From Podarcis gaigeae (lineage: Eukaryota), in assembly GCA_964106915.2 (NCBI GenBank), contig OZ066925.1: a DNA stretch of 64,000 bases. The stretch is one strand, 5' to 3'. This document shows, piece by piece, positions 38,666 to 49,496 of this stretch (within the stretch, counting starts at the first letter, position 1; each line of letters opens with the position of its first letter). A model generated the notes under the pieces. It worked only from the letters and a program-made list of their open reading frames with translations, did no database searches and had not been told where the DNA came from. The position numbers were made by a program, and so were the translations under genes.

Positions 38666-39717
38666 TATGTTGGAAGATGGCCAGATTAGCTGGGGCAACC
38701 CAGTAAGATGTGTGGGGTATAAATAGTAAAATTATCATTATGGAATGGGACATCCCTACTTTCAGCAGTGAAATGTTGGGGGGAAATGTATGTGTTAGCC
38801 CCCCTCACGGGTGAATTTTGCTGCCTCTGTTATGAGGAATTTCTTTTTATTATTCTTTGATCTTAAAACTCCATTCACATTCATAATCACAAATAATAAA
38901 AACAACTCAAGATTCTTTTGCATCTCAAGACTTCCCTCCTCCCCTCCATGGGTTCTTTGAGCCACTTAAAAAAAAAAAAAAAAGCCCTGCATATTATAAG
39001 TTCAACTAATTTACAATCCTCCATTATACCCAAAGACTGTGTAACATTGCAAGAGTTATTTAAAGCCTACCAAAGAGCTCAAGTGTTTACAGTGGTGTTT
39101 CAAATATAATGTCAATTTGTCCCGATCTTTATTGAAGTTCTGACCCTCCTGTTAGGAGGAATTTCTAACAGGTGAGTAGGGCTGGGGCATATGGAGTGCA
39201 GGAGCACACATATGGCAGCACCTTTATTTTCAAACTCATCTTGACCAGCCCAATTCTTTTCCAGGACCAATTAAAAGGGCTTGGTTGATCTAAAAAAAAA
39301 ACTCTGAAGTGGCTGGGGAACTCAACACCTAAAGAGCTGCTTTTTCCCAGTCAGCAGCAGACAGCTGAGTTGCTGCATCATACCAGGATGACGAGGAGAG
39401 GCATGTGGAGGCAGCATGGCTGGTGCGGTGCAAGCGTGCCGCTGGAGCCAATCTAGTGCTTCTGCCAGGGTGTCTGCACTGCGCCACCACTCAGACCCAG
39501 TATCCTGCAGCAACTCAGCGAGAGGAAGGTCAGGTGAACTTTCTGTATCTACCGTACCTACCCATGCCCTATGATCGCTAACAGAGGCCCTTCTCTGAGT
39601 GGCCCTCAAAATGATAGTGTCAGTGAGGGAGAGGACATTGTCAGCAGTGCCCCATATTACATGGAACGCTTTCCCTAGAGAGACTGATCTGGGGCTTATT
39701 TGTGTGTGTGTGTGTAA

Positions 39718-40086
39718 GGGATGCGGGTGGCGTTGTGGTTTAAACCACTGAGCCTCTTGGACTTGCCAATCAGAAGGTTGGAGGTTTGAATCCACACAAC
39801 AGGGTGAGCTCCTGTTGCTCTGTCCCAGCTCTTGCCTACCTAGCAGTTCAAAAGCACATCAGTGCAAGTAGATAAATAGGTATCGCTGTGGCGGGAAGGT
39901 AAACCGCGTTTCCGTGCACTCTGGTTTCCATCATGGTGTTCCGTTGAGCCAGAAATTGTTTAGTCATGCTGGCCACATGACCCGGAAAGCTGTCTGTGGA
40001 CAAACGCCAGCTCCCTTGGCCTGAAAGCGAGATGAGCGCCACAACCCCATGGACTTAACCGTTCAGGGGTTCTTTACCTTTACCTT
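39718..40086 (+). mobile_element. Full-length Sauria SINE inserted in a (TG)n tract
   Basis: GGGATGCGGGTGGCG head, (TTTACC)n tail, (TG)n on both flanks. Confidence 0.92.
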
Positions 40087-40274
40087 GCCTTTGTGTGTGT
40101 GTGTGCATGTGTGTGTCTGTAAGACAAAGACAAACAAAACCTTTCAGATATTAAAACATCTCTTAATATTGTTTAACATCATTGATATTCCATTTTAGTC
40201 ACTGATGTCATTTTGACAGTTTTTAACTTTTGTAACTGGGTTGATTTTTGTTAAGACTGTTTGCCTGGGTTTAG

Positions 40275-40508
40275 TTACAGATAGGTAGCCGTGTTGGTCT
40301 GCCATAGTCAAAACAAAAAAAAAAATCCTTCCAGTAGCACCTTAAAGACCAACTAAGTCAGTTCTTGGTATGAGCTTTTGTGTGCATGCACACTTCTTCA
40401 GATACACTGAAACAGAAGTTACCAGACCCTTCTATATAGTGAGAAGGTGGGGAGGGGTATTACTCAGAAGGGTGGTGGGAATGGGTGATTGGCAGATAGC
40501 TGTGATGA
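40275..40508 (-). mobile_element. Penelope-like element (pseudo-LTR fragment)
   Basis: acagataggtagccgtgttggtctg end, embedded minimal hammerhead motif, 12-bp TSD gcctgggtttag (40263-40274 / 40509-40520). Confidence 0.75.
40368..40405 (-). ncRNA. Minimal type I hammerhead ribozyme motif (core G12>A, probably inactive)
   Basis: Minus strand reads GUAU-CUGAAGA-A-GUGUGC-AU-GCACAC-(A)AAA-GC-UC-AUAC: CUGANGA box, stem II, degenerate GAAA box, UC cleavage site, stem I GUAU/AUAC. Confidence 0.7.
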
Positions 40509-41518
40509 GCCTGGGTTTAGATTTGGGTCTATGTTGGATTCTATCGACCGTTGGCTTGGCTTTACTGAGGTATTGAGTTTCTGTTGGTTTTATTTTTGTC
40601 TATCCGTGCATAGGGCTTGATAATATTTGTTATTGGGTGAATCACAAACTGAATCACACAAACACAGATACGCAAGTCCCGTCGAAGCCCCCTGTTGCTG
40701 GAGCCAGTCTCTGCCCAGCTGCTTTCCATTATTCATTCCTACCTCTATGTCTTTCATAGCTTGTCCAGCCATCATTTGAAACTTAGAGGAGCAAGGAGGT
40801 TCTCCCCATCGCTACCATGCAGGCCACAAGAAAGTTCTGCAGCAGTGACCAATGAGAAAGCAGCTGTTTCCCAGAGGTGGGGGCTGTCGCTTTGTTTTCC
40901 TCTTGAGCCTCTCAGAACTTCTCATGATGGATAGGAATGGAGCAGGTGTGTCTAGCATGGAGATAGTTGCACCTGTTGCTTTGTTGTCTATTGGAAAGCT
41001 TTCAAAGGCACAGGGACTCAAGAGAAACAAAATATTGGCAATCTCCTGTTTCTGTACCTCAATGCACCTCTGATCCAGTTTTGAAAGATAGAGATCTGAT
41101 TCCCGCCCTCAAGTTCTGCTTTCTCTTGATAGTTAGCAAATTAGGAAAAGAGTCTCTAAAGTTCAATGAGCTGGCCTCCTAACTAGCTAACTAGAGTGAG
41201 AATCATTTCTTGTCAAGTGTTCTCTGCCACCACCACTTTTATACAAGCTGTGAGGAAATGTAAACCTCTGTAAAAAGGCTGATTCTCTCAAAGAAGAGAG
41301 CTAGTATTGGATTACCTGAGCTTCACCTTGGGGAGGAGGTACCTCTGCATTTAATTCAAATTGCACCAAGATATCAAGAAGAACTTGCAATCTCCAGTAA
41401 ATGGGTTTCTCAACCACTTTTTTCATGCTTGCTGTGGCCAGCAGGGTTATAATTGTCCTCCACAGCATGGTTACTGCAATTAGTAAGGATACATTTGTAA
41501 GATAAGAAGACCAAATAA

Positions 41519-41734
41519 GAGAGCCAGTGTGGTGTAGTGGTTAAGAGCGGTAGTCTCGTAATCTGGGGAACCGGGTTCGCTCTTCCACATGCAGCTGCTG
41601 GGTGACCTTGGGCCAGTCACACTTCTCTGAGGTCTTTCAGCCCCACTCACCTCACAGAGTGTTTGTTGGGGGGGAGAAGGGAAACGAGAATGTTAGCTGC
41701 TTTGAGACTCCTTAAAGGGAGTGAAATGCGGGAT
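41519..41734 (+). mobile_element. Squam3-type SINE running into an assembly gap
   Basis: Same head and core as 3239-3493. Confidence 0.88.
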
Positions 41735-41875
41735 NNNNNNNNNNNNNNNNNNNNNNNNNNNNNNNNNNNNNNNNNNNNNNNNNNNNNNNNNNNNNNNNNN
41801 NNNNNNNNNNNNNNNNNNNNNNNNNNNNNNNNNNNNNNNNNNNNNNNNNNNNNNNNNNNNNNNNNNNNNNNNNNN
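41735..41875. other. Assembly gap (141 N)
   Basis: Run of N. Confidence 0.99.
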
Positions 41876-41911
41876 TATCAATTTTTTTCATTCAACTGCA
41901 GATGATCTTAA

Positions 41912-42271
41912 AAAGGTACAGGTACCCCCTGACCATTAGGTCCAGTTGCAGACAACTCTGGGGTTGTGGCGCTCATCTCACTCTATAGGGTGAGGGAGCC
42001 GGCGTTTGTCCGCAGACAGCTTCTGGGTCATGCAGCCAGCATGACTAAGCTGCTTCTGGCGAACCAGAGCAGTGCACAGAAATGCCGTTTAACTTCCTGC
42101 CGGAGCGGTACCTATTTATCTACTTGCACTTGATGTGCTTTTGAAGTGCTAGGTGGGCAGGAGCTGGGACTGAACAATGGGAGCTCACCCCGTCACAGGG
42201 ATTCAAACCGCCAACCTTATGATTGGCAAGCCCTAGGCTCTGTGGTTTAGACCACAGCACCACCTGTGTCC
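41912..42271 (-). mobile_element. Full-length Sauria SINE
   Basis: Sauria motifs, degenerate TSD cagatgatcttaa/cagattatcctaa. Confidence 0.92.
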
Positions 42272-43244
42272 CAGATTATCCTAACCAACATCAAATGGGG
42301 GGGGGGCGGTCAGCTCACCTCATGGTTAATTTATTCTTAACTCTAAAGAAACAACACCTAAGCATTTATATTCTTTTCATATGGATAACGTGTGAAGCAA
42401 ATGATCTGACGGCTTTCAAATGCTATCGCTTATGAGGAAAGAGTCTTTTTTTGTTCTCTAGCAACAAGATTATCGTAAATGTTAAAAGTAATGATGATAT
42501 TAATCAGGTCTGGCAGCAATTTAGAAAATCACATGGTTGATAATTTTATATCTTTAAAATTGCATGTAAAATGTAGTGGAGACCATATTAACCATTAATT
42601 TTGTGACATCAGTAGGGTTTTTTTTTTTACTTGAAACGAATGTATGACATACACAGCTCCTTTAATTATTGCAATACCTTTACTTTCCACTTCATCATAT
42701 ATTTTACTGGGATGACTAAGATTTTGGAGGCTTGCTGAAACAGCTCCAGTATTAGCATTACTCACAAAAAGTACCCTCAACCTGTCTCATCCCAATCAAA
42801 ATTCTGAGGGGCTTTAAATTTCAGACACCTTTTTCATTTTGACTGAACGTTGGGTGCATTTATGAAAGCTATTTTATGGTTTCAATTACAGTTTTGACCT
42901 ACTGAGTCAAAGAGGAAGCCCCTAACATACACAGACAGGCTGATCTTGTGGCCCTACTACATGGTGGCTAGTGTATCAGGGCAAACATGATGTAGTCACC
43001 ATCATATGCATCAAGGCAGGGGTGGAAAACCTGTGATTCTCCAGGCATTGATGGACTCCAGCTCCCATCAGCCCTGGTTTGCAGGGGCAACAGTGATGAG
43101 GCCAGTTGTAGTCTAACAAGATTTGGAGGACCACAGATTCTCCATCCTTGCATTAGGTGGTGGTCAACAAGACTGAATTGCTGGGACCTTTTGCATCCTC
43201 ATGGCTATGTAGACCCACAGGCACCGTCAACTGGTACAGTGGTA

Positions 43245-43591
43245 AAGGTAAAGGGACCCCTGACCATTAAGACCAGTCATGGCCGACTCTGGGGTTGTGG
43301 CGCTCATCTCGCTTTATTGGCCGAGGGAGCCGACGTACAGCTTCTGGGTCATGTGGCCAGCATGACTAAGCCACTTCTGGCAAACCAGAGCAGCGCATGG
43401 AAACGCCGTCTGTTTCCCGCTGGAGTGGTACCTATTTATCTACTTGCAATTTGTGCTTTCAAACTGCTAGGTTGGCAGGAGCAGGGACCGAGCAACGGGA
43501 GCTCACCCCATCGTGGGGATTCGAACCGCCAACCTTCTGATCAGCAAGTCCTAGGCTCTGTGGTTTAACCCACAGCGCCACCCGTGTCCCT
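43245..43591 (-). mobile_element. Full-length Sauria SINE inserted into a mariner-MITE TIR
   Basis: 13-bp TSD tggtacagtggta (43232-43244 / 43592-43604). Confidence 0.92.
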
Positions 43592-43596
43592 TGGTA

Positions 43597-43837
43597 CAGT
43601 GGTACCACGGGTTAAGTACTTAATTCATTCAGAGGTCTGTTGTTAACCTGAAACTGTTCTTAACCTGAAGCACCACTTTTGCTAATGGGGCCTCCCGCTG
43701 CCACCGCGCCACTGCCACACAATTTCTGTTCTCATCCTGAAGCAAAGTTCTTAACCCAAGGTACTATTTCTGGGTTAGCAGAGTCTGTAACCTGAAGTGT
43801 ATGTAACCTGAAGCATATGTAACCCGAGGTACCAGTG
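43597..43837 (-). mobile_element. Tc1/mariner MITE
   Basis: CAGTGGTACC...GAGGTACCAGTG plus TA. Confidence 0.9.
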
Positions 43838-44005
43838 TAGTTTGTGCAGAGATCTTCTGCCTCTGGAAACTGCACTGCAGGAAACAAAGCAATCGGTGCC
43901 ATTTCCCCCATCGCTGCCGCACCTATCACCTTCCTATGCATCCTTCCATTAGCTTTCGTACAGTGCCTGGAGATATACAGGTGGAAGGTGATTAATAAAT
44001 AAGTA

Positions 44006-44247
44006 CACTGGCACCTCAGGTTACACACCCTTCAGGTTACATACGCTTCAGGTTACAGACTCCGCTAACCCAGAAATAGTACTTTGGCTTAAGAACTTTG
44101 CTTCAGGATGAGAACAGAAATCGTGCTCCGGCGGCGCGGCGGCAGCGGGAGGCCCCATTAGCTAAAGTGGTGCTTCAGGTTAAGAACAGTTTCAGGTTAA
44201 CAACGGTTCTGTGGAACAAATTAAGTACTTAACCCGAGGTACCACTG
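44006..44247 (+). mobile_element. Tc1/mariner MITE (inverted relative to the 43597 copy)
   Basis: TA|CACTGGCACCTC...GAGGTACCACTG|TA. Confidence 0.9.
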
Positions 44248-44929
44248 TATTATTAATAACCATGTGAACAGATGGGCCACAGCTCATCTGCATTGCGTGC
44301 AAAAAGGTGGTGCTATGGGAGAGGACAACATCCCTATATCTCTTCAAATATTGAAGCAAGTCTCTTGAGGCAAGTCTCCTTAAGCTGCTGCACTAACTCC
44401 TGGTCAGTTTCCTTGCACAATTCAATGTACTAGTTTGGAACCCGGATCTCTGCAGGGTCTCTTTCCTCTATTTCCTCCTGTCCATTCACTGAAATTCTTG
44501 ACCAGGTGTGTTCTCTGATTGACATGTGGCGTGGAGGAGGGGGAGAAGCTGCAGAAAGAGGCTTATTGGTGATGGTGGACCAGTTGCAGAGAACACTTTC
44601 CAAGGAGCAGGGAGGGGTGGTGCAGCTGAAGCCAGCAATTGATGCAACAAGAATTTTTAAACATTTAGTCCCAAGGGGGGGGGTGCATGTGCCTGTGTAT
44701 ATATTGTCTTGGGCTGGCAAGGCAAGGTATGCAGCTGCTATTGGAGATTTTTTTTGCACAAGGTGACAAAGTCCAGGGTTTAAAAATGTATTTTATCCTT
44801 GAATCAGCTGATCTGATGCTAGTGCTTTGAATTGTTGTAGTAGTGTATGTCTGACTTTTATATTGTTGATTGTTTCATTGAAAGATTTGGTATAAGCAGA
44901 CTTGAAAAAATTCTATTTGAAAAATGAGT

Positions 44930-44931
<2 letters not shown>

Positions 44932-44978
<47 letters not shown>
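44932..44978. repeat. (AAT)n microsatellite
   Basis: About 15 tandem AAT units. Confidence 0.95.
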
Positions 44979-45344
44979 TTTTATGTTTTTTCCCAACCTG
45001 ATGATCACCCGTCTCCACCCTTCTTTATATTGTTCATTGTTCTTGCAGCTCCAGTAGCAAAAATGGACCTAAGACTCCAGATGAGTCTTGCGTCTGGCGT
45101 CTTGCTGCAGGGGACTTCTAAGGATTCCAAGGCAAAGTAAGAGTTATTACATGGACCATTCCTACTTTGGGGTGCCTTGGGCAGTTGTTTTTCAAAAATC
45201 TCTTTCTGTGTCAGGTGGCCTTTCACCAAAGTCCTTTACTGTGCACTTTGTAGGCTCACTGCTCTGCTGAGATGGGGACAGTGTGGTGCAACTCTAACAG
45301 TGCATCTTAGTGTATGTTTTGTGTTCCCTTGCTGGACACAGGAA

Positions 45345-45768
45345 TCCAGGTCTGACCAAGGCAGAATAGAATGGAACTATTACTTCCCATGATCTGGACA
45401 CTATACTTCTCTTGATGCAGCCTAGAATAGCATTAGCTTTTTTGCTTTTTTTTTTTTTTTTTGCTGCTGCTGCATCACACTGTTGACTCATATTAAGCTT
45501 GTGGTCGACAAAGGACCCCAGATCCTTTTCATGTGGACTACTGGCAAGCCAGGTGTCCTCCTCCTTATATTTGTGCAGCTGGTTCTTCCTGGCTAAGTGT
45601 AGAACTATTTGTCCCTATTGAAATTCATTTTGATAGTTTTGGCCCAGTTTTCCAATCTGTTAAAGTCATCTTGAACTCTGATTCTGTCTTCTGCAGCGTT
45701 GGCTTCCCCTCCCACTTTGGTGTCATCTGTAAATTTGATGCGCATCCCCTCAATTCCTTCATCCAAGT
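45345..45768 (-). mobile_element. CR1 LINE ORF2 internal fragment
   Basis: MSQQCDAAA..KANAILGCIKRSIVSRSWEVIVPFYSALVRP is a typical CR1 motif. The upstream ttgcagatgacaccaaa (minus strand) reads as (F)ADDTK. Confidence 0.88.
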
Positions 45769-47597
45769 AATTTATATTTACCTTTATTGTATGATCATAC
45801 TTTTTGTGGTATCAAAGGTGCATTTTAGTAGCACTTCAAAAAACACTTTTTGCTCTTACTTGATTCTATGTTTGAGTCCAACTTTGAAGGTTGAGATATG
45901 CATACCTTTTTTTAGCGACCTGGGTTTGGTACCCAGATCTCCCAGATCCCAATTTTTTCTTTACAGTGTGGGGACAAGTAATTTCAAATACACAGCAATT
46001 CTTTGAGAAGGGGATGCTTAAAAATATTACAGTTTATTTCCAGTCAACTATGAAGTACGCACAACCCTTTCCTAACTGACCCACCTTGGATTGGAGTTCA
46101 GAATCTGAATTGGAAGAATCTTGATTTGCATCAGCTACTAGCCATAGCAATGAAATAAAATAAAATGTACTGAAGATAGAGGTAAAAACTGAACTATACA
46201 AAATACATTCTGGAGGTTTGCATCAATAATCAAATAATAGATCATATTCTAATTGCTCCTGCTATTCCCACCCCACCCCCCAGTTCTTGCTATCACCTGA
46301 TTATCTTGATCTTCTAGAAGAAAGGCTACAGTAGCAAAAGTTAAACAACCTGGTTTGGATAGTAGTAGAGGGGGTGATAACCTCACTCCTCAATTGGATT
46401 GGGAGAACCCAGCCAGATGGGCAGGGTATAAATAAAATAATAATAATAATAATAATAATAAATTATATCCCACCTCTGCTGCTGCTCATTCCCTAAGAGG
46501 AGCAGAAGGTCCTTTATTTGAGGAGGCAAGTGAAAGACTAGGCCCCCATTTACACAGGAGAGACCCTATAGATCTTTTCCTTGGCAGCAACTGACTCTAA
46601 GACCCACAGTGATTGGCAGAATAAATGCTCCTTACATCAGTTGCCAGTAGAGAATAAACTGACCTGACCAATCTTAGCTCTTTGAAAAAGAAGGGATGGT
46701 CAAAATTTTATTTCCTACATGGCTGCTTCTGTCAATCAGGCCTCAAATAGTTAACCATAGGAAACTGAGGCTGCAAAATCCAAAGGTAACAGTAGGATAA
46801 TAATTTAATTAGGACTTATTAAAATATTACAAAGCAGAGAAGAAGCTTTGTTCTTCTCAAATCTTTATCAATGTAAAGCAAAAAGCAGCAACATTTGGAT
46901 GGAGGTGCACAAACTGATCTGGATGTAACCTCCCTGCAGTTTGTAGCAAGAGTTTGTAGCAACAGACTTGCATTCCAAGTCTCATGCACGTTTTCCCGGG
47001 TCTGGGAGTAAGTACCGGTGGCCGAAACGGGACATGTGATTAGGTATGCGCAAGACCAGAGTACTGAGTTCAAGGGAGCACATTCAAGATGCCGCAGGTT
47101 GCTGCAAAACAGAGTTCAAGATGCACCAAGACTAGAGCTACTGAGACGACCTGCCTCGCCATCTGTGTTGTGTAGCGGGCAGTGCGCCCTCTGCATGTGC
47201 TCAGAGGCTTCCTTTCTCCTGTTCTTCAGCGTTCTGGGGTCGAACCTCGGCTCAGATTAAGTCCTGGGGGGTGAGCTACCCTTCTTCAATAACTGCACGT
47301 GTGAATGGGCGCCGTTGCACGAAGCCCTTTTCTCCGCCGCCTCCGGCAACTGCACCGGGGACGCTCCCTGGGACTTCTCCCGCCCGCCCTCCTTCTCCCC
47401 CGGGAGCGGAGGTGGGGGCTCGCCGCTTTCCAGCTTCCTTCTCCCGAACCCATCTAGCCGGAGATTTTTTCCAAGCTGACTCACAGAACTAAGGGCAGCG
47501 TCCTGTCATCCCCGGCGCGGCAAGCTGTTGCTTGCGCCGCTTGCGCTCTCTGCCTTCGCCCTCCATCTCCTCCTCCTCCCTGCGCCCTGAATGGCTG

Positions 47598-47781
47598 GAG
47601 GGGAGGCGGGCGGGGGCGGAGCCCAGCCAGGACACGCCCCTCCGGGCCCCGCCCACCGCTCGGCTCTCTCCCTTGAGCAGGGACCGCAATGATTTAGAAG
47701 TTCAGGAATCCCACGTGACGTCACGGAGGGTGATGTAATGCTTCTCTAAATAGAACGTATTGTAACCTTCTCTCAGTCCAA
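47598..47781 (+). promoter_or_regulatory. Pol II core/proximal promoter of an unidentified gene
   Basis: GC boxes (about 47600-47622 and 47647-47654), CACGTG 47712-47717 overlapping TGACGTCA 47716-47723, GTGATGTAAT 47730-47739, TCTAAATA 47745-47752, Inr TCAGTCC with its A at 47775 (30 nt after the TATA-like box). Confidence 0.75.
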
Positions 47782-47836
47782 CGTGGTTCCTTCACCCAGG
47801 CTGCTTGCTGGTCCTTTCCCCGCTTACACTTGTTGG
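47775..47836 (+). other. Predicted non-coding first exon (5'UTR)
   Basis: Starts at the Inr, contains no ATG, and ends at a consensus donor TGG|GTAAGT (GT at 47837). Confidence 0.6.
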
Positions 47837-49355
47837 GTAAGTCCCTCGAAATACGGAGCTGCCTTTCTGATTGCCCCAAAACGCAACTTTACATCGCGTT
47901 GTAGGGGGGTGGAAAAACAAAACAAAAAAAGAGGCAAAACTCGCCTTGCTCAAAACTTCTCGCATGCAAGGGGTTTTGCTGCTGCTTTCTTCTTGCCCCA
48001 ACGAGCGCGCGCGCGTGTGTGCGAATTCACACACACACGCGGGGCAGGTACTCCGCGGGGCAAAAGAAAACGCAAAGTGGCGAGGGGTTAAAACAACAAC
48101 AGCGATCGAGTAAAAATTGCGAAATGATTGTAAACGATGTTTCCCCCCCCCCCCTCTCCTTTCTTTCTGTTTTGGTTGTGCTGCTGCGTCTGGGATTTTC
48201 CCCGGGTCTCTGCTACAAGTTGATGGTTGTTTGGGTATGTTTCACTTGGGAGAAGGAGCCGCTCTCGCTCTCAGCTTGGCGACCGGGAGGCGAGAATTGG
48301 CTAGGTGGGAAAGTGTGGGAGAGACCCGAACCGGGAAGATGTAACGGGGGGATGCGGGCGTCTCCGCGCGCTCCGCCTCTTTGCCCCGTGCGCTGGCACG
48401 GTGCGTTATCAACTGGGAAGATTTATCTGTTATTCGTTTATTTATTTGCCGGGGGATGGGTGTGTGTGTGTGTGTGTGGAAGAGTGTGTGTGTGGAAGTG
48501 TGGGCTGTGAAGAGTTAAAATGGGGGGGACTTCTCTATATAAAAGGCGAAGAAGCGGCAGAGGCAACCTTTGGCGACCGCCAAGTGCACGAAAGTTTGGG
48601 CGCTTGTGGAACCAAAGCGGTGGCGAAGAAAGTCGTCCTCTTGCTGTCAGGAAGACTCCATCAATGAGATCCTACCTGTCGCCTCCACCCTCTGGCCCGA
48701 CAAGACTTTGGGAACTTCGACGACCCGAGAAAGCCCTTCCCCAGACCCCGTAAATTGCTGGGAAACAATCGCTCAGGCGCGGAGAACGGTGCGCTCTGCG
48801 TGTGCTCAGAAACACTCCAGGCGTATGTGTTCCTCTGGCATTTAAAAAAAAAAAAAGATCCCTGATGGGAGGGAGGCTGGCAGGCTGGCAACTCGTCCCC
48901 TGAACTGTTTCTTTTAAATGCCCCGTCCCCTTGGCTTGGGGGCACTCCTGATGCCATCGCCGCTTGCCCGCAAGAAACCAGAGAGGTAAACCTCGTGGCC
49001 AGCAAGTTGCCACCACCGCCGACCTCTTAGGTTCGGGGCAAGCGCTTCGTAAGGGGAGAGAGCGACCCGGCTCGCCGCCCCCTGTCCTGTCCCGTCCCGG
49101 TAGCCCCGCGCAAGATCTTCCTTGTTGGGCGCAATGACAGCGCTCTCCTTCCCCACCAGCTCGCGGCTGCCTCCCCACCCCACCTCCTGATCGCTTCGGA
49201 TCGCCAGCGCGAAAACTTTTGAACTCAGCTTAGGGACTAAGGAGCGACCAGGAGAAGTTTCATCCTTTGGCTTGGGCCATCTCGGCGAGGGGAGAGGAGA
49301 CCATCTCTCTGCGCCCTCCTTGCCGCGCCACCTTTCCATCGCCTGTCCCCGCGTG

Positions 49356-49496
49356 NNNNNNNNNNNNNNNNNNNNNNNNNNNNNNNNNNNNNNNNNNNNN
49401 NNNNNNNNNNNNNNNNNNNNNNNNNNNNNNNNNNNNNNNNNNNNNNNNNNNNNNNNNNNNNNNNNNNNNNNNNNNNNNNNNNNNNNNNNNNNNNNN
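49356..49496. other. Assembly gap (141 N) inside the CpG island
   Basis: Run of N. Confidence 0.99.

Larger units (their letters stand above)
37809..38791 (+). mobile_element. Composite hAT-like MITE containing an L2 tail, with two nested insertions
   Basis: Left end cagaccctccaa, tgtccc repeats, right-end motif aaatgttgg(a)gggta present twice (about 38338 and 38771), L2 3'UTR segment between them. Confidence 0.6.
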
